From: Candidatus Omnitrophota bacterium
GTDB taxonomy: Bacteria; Omnitrophota; Gorgyraeia; Gygaellales; Profunditerraquicolaceae
Assembly (NCBI GenBank): GCA_018825985.1
Contig: JAHKAP010000052.1
Span: 6,373-70,372 of the forward strand
DNA: 64,000 nucleotides
Direction of reading: 5' to 3'
The notes beneath the pieces were generated by a model. The model saw nothing but the letters and a program-made list of their open reading frames with translations, searched no databases and was not told the DNA's origin. Below are positions 60,139 to 64,000 of this stretch, one piece after another (the stretch's first letter is position 1; each line of letters opens with the position of its first letter). The translations under genes and the position numbers were made by a program.

Positions 60139-62187
60139 ATGAAAAAAGAAAAAGGCGTAGCTTTGATAATTGTCATTTTCGGAATCATGCTCTTGGCTGT
60201 ATTAGGCTGGACCTTAGTTTCTTTACAGTCGGGCGATTTTGATTTTAATCTGCGTAATCTAGAATCTGAAAGGGCTTTATTCCTGGCTGAGGCCGGGATA
60301 CATGAAGCAATGGTACTTTTAAAAAACTCAGATGCCTCATTTGATAATGATGCGGATATAATAACCCGGACTTTGAATTACGGGCAATATAGGCTTACCC
60401 GTTCCACAGTAGGTTCTGCTACTGAGGTCATTGCAACCGGATGTATTCCTACGGTCGCCAACCCCAGGGCAACCAGGGTAGTTAAGGTCGCAGTAGCCGC
60501 GGCTGTTTGGAGTAACGCGGTAGGCGGAGCGAATATTTTTGATTGGTCAGAAATGACTACGGGTTGGTTATTCAGTTCGCGGATAAGGGGTAATGTTACC
60601 GCCAAATATTTTGAAGGCGACGGAGATCCTGCTTATAACGAGCTGGGGGTTGATTACGATGTACCTCCTAATGCCTTGCCTCCGCCGAATTCAGGTTATG
60701 ACCGGACAGTCGGGACCATTACTATGCCTGAGATCGATATGGATTATTATAAGAATAAAGCGATAGGCTCAAACCATTATATTTATTCCCCTTATATCTA
60801 TCTGGCCAGCGCTGACAAAGGATTAACCGCTTTGAATAATAATATAACTAATCCTACTTCTGTAGGGTCTCTTAATACCGCCGGCAGGGTTTACGATATC
60901 CAGGGGTTTGTTGTCTACGGAGGGAATTATTATACCTGTTTAGTGGATACTCAGAGCGGCCGGGAATTTAAAATGATCCGGATCAATGATCCGCCTACCA
61001 GCCCCACTGTAGCGGATTATTGCAATATCGGAAATACCCCTTACGGAGTATTTGCCCAATTAAATAATAATTATGCTCCTACCTATGCTTTTGTTGCTGC
61101 CGGGCCTGATGGTTTTCAGGTTGTAGATATATCGAATCCCGCCAACCCTTCTTTAGTAAGAACATTAAGTTTAGGAGGGGGGATTGCTTATGGGGTTTAT
61201 GCCCGGGCTATTTATGCTTTTGTTGCCTGCGGCTCTGCCGGCCTAAAGATAATCAATATCTCTAATCCGGGGAACCCGAGTTTATTATGGACTTATAATA
61301 CCTCCGGGACTAGCCGGGGGGTATATGTCCGGGGTAGATTTGCTTATGTTGCAGATGGAGACCAAGGTTTAAACATAGTCAATATCTCCATAGCTCCTTT
61401 ATTTTTTTCTCCTTCTTCCAGGGCAACCGTGGCTACCGGTGGGACGTGTTATAATGTTTATCTTAGGGGTAATTATGCTTATGTTGCCTGCGGCACAGCC
61501 GGTTTAAAAGTAATTGACATCTCAAATATTAATAATGATTTTTTTACCCCTACGGTAGTTGCTACTTATGCCACTAGTCCCGATGACGCTACTGATGTGC
61601 AGATATCCGGTGATTACGCCTATGTATCTTGCAGTACCAGCGGCAACAAAGGCAAGGTCAAGATCGTAAATATCATTGATCCTACGGCGCCTGCTCTATC
61701 AGGAGAATATATTGATACTGCGAGCAATAGCAACGGCCTGGCGGTTTATCTGCGAGGAGATAGGTATTTTGACGGGAATTGGAATAACGAAAAGATCTGG
61801 TATACTACTGGAAATTTTATGATCGGCGGTGGAAATTTTCAAAAAACTTCTTTTGTTTCTGAAGGCGATACCGAGCTCCCTGGTTTATCCGGCATAGTAA
61901 TGAGGGCTCATGTATTGGCTAGCGCGAACGAGAACTTTCCCAATTTGGCCACTAAGAATGGAAGTATAGTCTCCGAAGGCATACTGGGCATTACAAAGGA
62001 TTTTGACGGCCTGGTGTTTACCGAAAAAGGCAGTATTATTTTTAACGGGATCAGTGGTTGCGCGGCAATTGGCTACAATGTATTTTTAAGCGATATCTGC
62101 GATATTACATATAGCGGTAAATATGTAGGTTCTCCTCCGGATGGAATCGTCGCGGGGGTAGGTATCAGCGAGTGGAGAGAGGAATAA
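60139..62187 (+). CDS. Pilus-associated protein: PilX-like N-terminal pilin helix + LVIVD-repeat beta-propeller
   Basis: N-terminus MKKEKGVALIIVIFGIMLLAVLG. At least five repeats of the form YAFVA.G..GL.I.NISNP..P.L. Confidence 0.65.
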   Translation: MKKEKGVALIIVIFGIMLLAVLGWTLVSLQSGDFDFNLRNLESERALFLAEAGIHEAMVLLKNSDASFDNDADIITRTLNYGQYRLTRSTVGSATEVIATGCIPTVANPRATRVVKVAVAAAVWSNAVGGANIFDWSEMTTGWLFSSRIRGNVTAKYFEGDGDPAYNELGVDYDVPPNALPPPNSGYDRTVGTITMPEIDMDYYKNKAIGSNHYIYSPYIYLASADKGLTALNNNITNPTSVGSLNTAGRVYDIQGFVVYGGNYYTCLVDTQSGREFKMIRINDPPTSPTVADYCNIGNTPYGVFAQLNNNYAPTYAFVAAGPDGFQVVDISNPANPSLVRTLSLGGGIAYGVYARAIYAFVACGSAGLKIINISNPGNPSLLWTYNTSGTSRGVYVRGRFAYVADGDQGLNIVNISIAPLFFSPSSRATVATGGTCYNVYLRGNYAYVACGTAGLKVIDISNINNDFFTPTVVATYATSPDDATDVQISGDYAYVSCSTSGNKGKVKIVNIIDPTAPALSGEYIDTASNSNGLAVYLRGDRYFDGNWNNEKIWYTTGNFMIGGGNFQKTSFVSEGDTELPGLSGIVMRAHVLASANENFPNLATKNGSIVSEGILGITKDFDGLVFTEKGSIIFNGISGCAAIGYNVFLSDICDITYSGKYVGSPPDGIVAGVGISEWREE

Positions 62188-62200
62188 AAAGGAGGCGGCT

Positions 62201-62482
62201 ATGATTAAAAGGGTATTTTTCATCAGTATGTTGATAATTTTTATAGGTTTATTTTTCTGTTGGGAGATAAGGGCTCAAAGGTCGGCGGATCCAAACGAGA
62301 TAATGGCCAGCCTCTCTGAGAGGTTTAATCAGATGGAGGCGAAGATGGATAAATTCAGCGCATCCCTGGATAAAGCCGGCAACCGGGATGTATTAATTAA
62401 ATTAGATCAGGTCCTGGCTAACCAGCAGAAGATCTTAGGCGAATTGGAGATAGTGAAGGTCAGGGCTTCCCAGAAAAGATAA
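62201..62482 (+). CDS. Small membrane-anchored coiled-coil protein
   Basis: One N-terminal TM helix. GGAGG RBS. Confidence 0.35.
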   Translation: MIKRVFFISMLIIFIGLFFCWEIRAQRSADPNEIMASLSERFNQMEAKMDKFSASLDKAGNRDVLIKLDQVLANQQKILGELEIVKVRASQKR

Positions 62483-62491
62483 ATAAGTAAT

Positions 62492-62547
62492 GGGGTCAGA
62501 ATTATTTTTTCTTTAGTTTTCGTGGTTGAAAAAATAATTCTGACCCC
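62492..62547 (+). terminator. Terminator hairpin, second copy of the GGGGTCAGAATTATTTTTT repeat
   Basis: 19-bp arms identical to the copy at 56151. Different 18-nt loop. Confidence 0.65.
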
Positions 62548-62559
62548 AACTCAATTGTC

Positions 62560-62588
62560 TTGACATAATAACTTAAAGGCAATACAAT
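62560..62588 (+). promoter_or_regulatory. Consensus sigma70 promoter TTGACA-17-TACAAT; TSS coincides with the pilM ATG (leaderless)
   Basis: -35 at 62560-62565, -10 at 62583-62588. ATG at 62596 is 7 nt after the -10. No SD. Confidence 0.55.
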
Positions 62589-62595
62589 TTAAAAG

Positions 62596-64000
62596 ATGGA
62601 CAACCCCTTTAAAACAAAGAAAATAAAAAATTCTCAACCTCTTAGCATTAAAAGAGTTAAGCTTTCTCTGAATAATTCGTTTTCTTTGCTTAAAAACATC
62701 GTTGTTTCTACCCAGAATATCATGGGTATAGACATCGGCTCTAATTATATAAAAATAGCCCAGCTTCAAAAAAGCGGCAAGAGTTATATTATAACTAATT
62801 ATGTTGCCAGGGCTATACCCTTGGAGGCCAGGGATAATATTTCGGAAAAGAAAAGGCTGGTCAGGGAATTTGTAAAAGAATTTCTTTCATCCTCCAGGGT
62901 TAAGACCACGCTTTTAAGGTCGACTATTTTTGGCAAGGGCATCTTCATTTTTTCCCTCAGTGTTCCTTACATGAATAAAAAAGACCTTAAGGGAGCGGTG
63001 AACATTGAGCTAAAAAAACGCCTTCCTTTTCAGCTGGATATAAATAACGTATCCTTTGACTACTTTATTACCGACCAGATCCACGACGATAAAGGTTTAA
63101 GTTATCAAATAACTTGTATCGCTGCGGAGAAATCCGCGATAGACGAACAGCTTTATTTTTTAAAAGAAATGAATATCCGGCCCGTGGGTATAAATGTAAT
63201 TCCGGATATCTTAGGCAATATTCTTCCTCTTTGCCTTAATTATCCCGCGGATAAGCCGGTCCCGGTGTTGGAGTTGGGAGCTAATGTATCTTCGCTCAAT
63301 TTTTATAAAGGAAAGAATTTGATTTTCTCCCGGGAGATCCCTATCGCAGGAGAACATCTTACCCGGGCGATGGCCAAGACAATAAATACCGCGAATGGCC
63401 CAATAAATATTTCTATCGAAGACGCCGAGAAGATCAAGCGGACTTGCGGCGTTCCTTTAGATGATGAAGCTAAAAATGAATTCCTGACTGATTTTGGAGT
63501 TATTTTGGGAGAGCAGATCTCCACAATGCTGCGGCCGACTTTAGAACGCCTGATCCTGGAGATAAACCGGACCATTAGCTACTATGTAAAGACGTTCAGA
63601 GGCGTTGCCATCGATGAGTTGTATATAACCGGAGGCAGCTCGCGGTTGAATAATATGGATAAATTCCTGTTATATAACCTTGAGGGAGTAAAAAAGGTCG
63701 AGCATTTAAACGTGCTAAAAGCAGTCAAGGGCTGGGCTGATCCGGGAGTGTTAAGGCAGGAGCTGGTCATAGAGCAAGCTGCTCCGCATTTAAGTGTAGT
63801 TTTTGGCCTTTGTTTTGGTAAGGGCGGCCGGATTAACCTTCTGCCGGCTAAGGAGAAATTGGAACAGAAGACGATTTTTCTAGCTAACATTATACGCATA
63901 TCTTTTCCTATAGTCCTAATTTTAAGCCTGGTTTTCTACGCGATTATTTACGGCAATTCTTTAAAATACAAAGTTTTAAACAGCAAGTTAGACTTGGGGA
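62596..64000 (+). CDS. pilM: Type IV pilus assembly protein PilM, apparently continuing in-frame into a PilN-like segment (3' end outside the window)
   Basis: Open frame without stop to the window end. This is why it is absent from the ORF track. GIDIGSNYIKIAQ actin-like motif. INLLPAKEK plus a TM helix near the end resembles the PilN N-terminus. Confidence 0.7.
   Translation, partial: MDNPFKTKKIKNSQPLSIKRVKLSLNNSFSLLKNIVVSTQNIMGIDIGSNYIKIAQLQKSGKSYIITNYVARAIPLEARDNISEKKRLVREFVKEFLSSSRVKTTLLRSTIFGKGIFIFSLSVPYMNKKDLKGAVNIELKKRLPFQLDINNVSFDYFITDQIHDDKGLSYQITCIAAEKSAIDEQLYFLKEMNIRPVGINVIPDILGNILPLCLNYPADKPVPVLELGANVSSLNFYKGKNLIFSREIPIAGEHLTRAMAKTINTANGPINISIEDAEKIKRTCGVPLDDEAKNEFLTDFGVILGEQISTMLRPTLERLILEINRTISYYVKTFRGVAIDELYITGGSSRLNNMDKFLLYNLEGVKKVEHLNVLKAVKGWADPGVLRQELVIEQAAPHLSVVFGLCFGKGGRINLLPAKEKLEQKTIFLANIIRISFPIVLILSLVFYAIIYGNSLKYKVLNSKLDLG

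Noticed and set aside
62551-63899. - strand ORFs 62551..62769, 63303..63575 and 63582..63899
   Set aside because: Antisense to the open pilM(-pilN) frame, which has clear PilM motifs and a consensus promoter.

Overview
This window appears to come from a low-GC anaerobic diderm bacterium. Supporting features are lpxB, a beta-barrel porin, type IV pilins, and a rubredoxin/SOR/FprA set. Coding density is high and almost all genes lie on the + strand. No rRNA, tRNA, CRISPR array or transposase was recognised.

Gene content, 5' to 3':
(1) an oxidative-stress island: flavodiiron flavodoxin domain (3' end), mini ferritin-like protein, rubredoxin, superoxide reductase, a PNPOx-like flavoprotein, a rubrerythrin-like protein, glutaredoxin, thioredoxin reductase and a polyferredoxin membrane protein;
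(2) lgt and a CopA-type P-type ATPase;
(3) a DUF39 / NifU-like / NIL-ferredoxin homocysteine-biosynthesis trio;
(4) a housekeeping operon: birA, nadA, rluA-family, uppP, a PfkB kinase, yqeY and an MFS transporter;
(5) a promoter-to-terminator ~200-nt structured RNA, followed by a GH1 beta-glucosidase translationally coupled to a three-domain protein (cNMP-binding, degenerate ParA-like, patatin phospholipase);
(6) a large nitrogen-assimilation supercluster: NfnAB/SudAB-like, gdhA, an ECF-type sigma factor, porin-amt-glnK, GS type III, a stand-alone NtrC-type HTH protein and gltBD. It is studded with recurring leader hairpins and sequence motifs;
(7) a KaiC-like/PEP-utilising-N fusion, pyrG, carA and a split carB (N-terminal half only);
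(8) a PKD lipoprotein, a DUF1846 protein, a beta-CASP RNase, an L27-like protein and an M48 peptidase;
(9) a tandem substrate-binding protein plus histidine kinase plus two receiver proteins;
(10) convergent lpxB and a Gfo/Idh/MocA oxidoreductase (- strand);
(11) a type IV pilus locus: three pilins (two with unusually long conserved leaders), a PilX-N/LVIVD-repeat protein and a leaderless pilM that runs off the window.

Several families of GC-cored palindromic hairpin repeats serve as terminators. Many - strand ORFs in the six-frame track are shadow ORFs and are listed as rejected.
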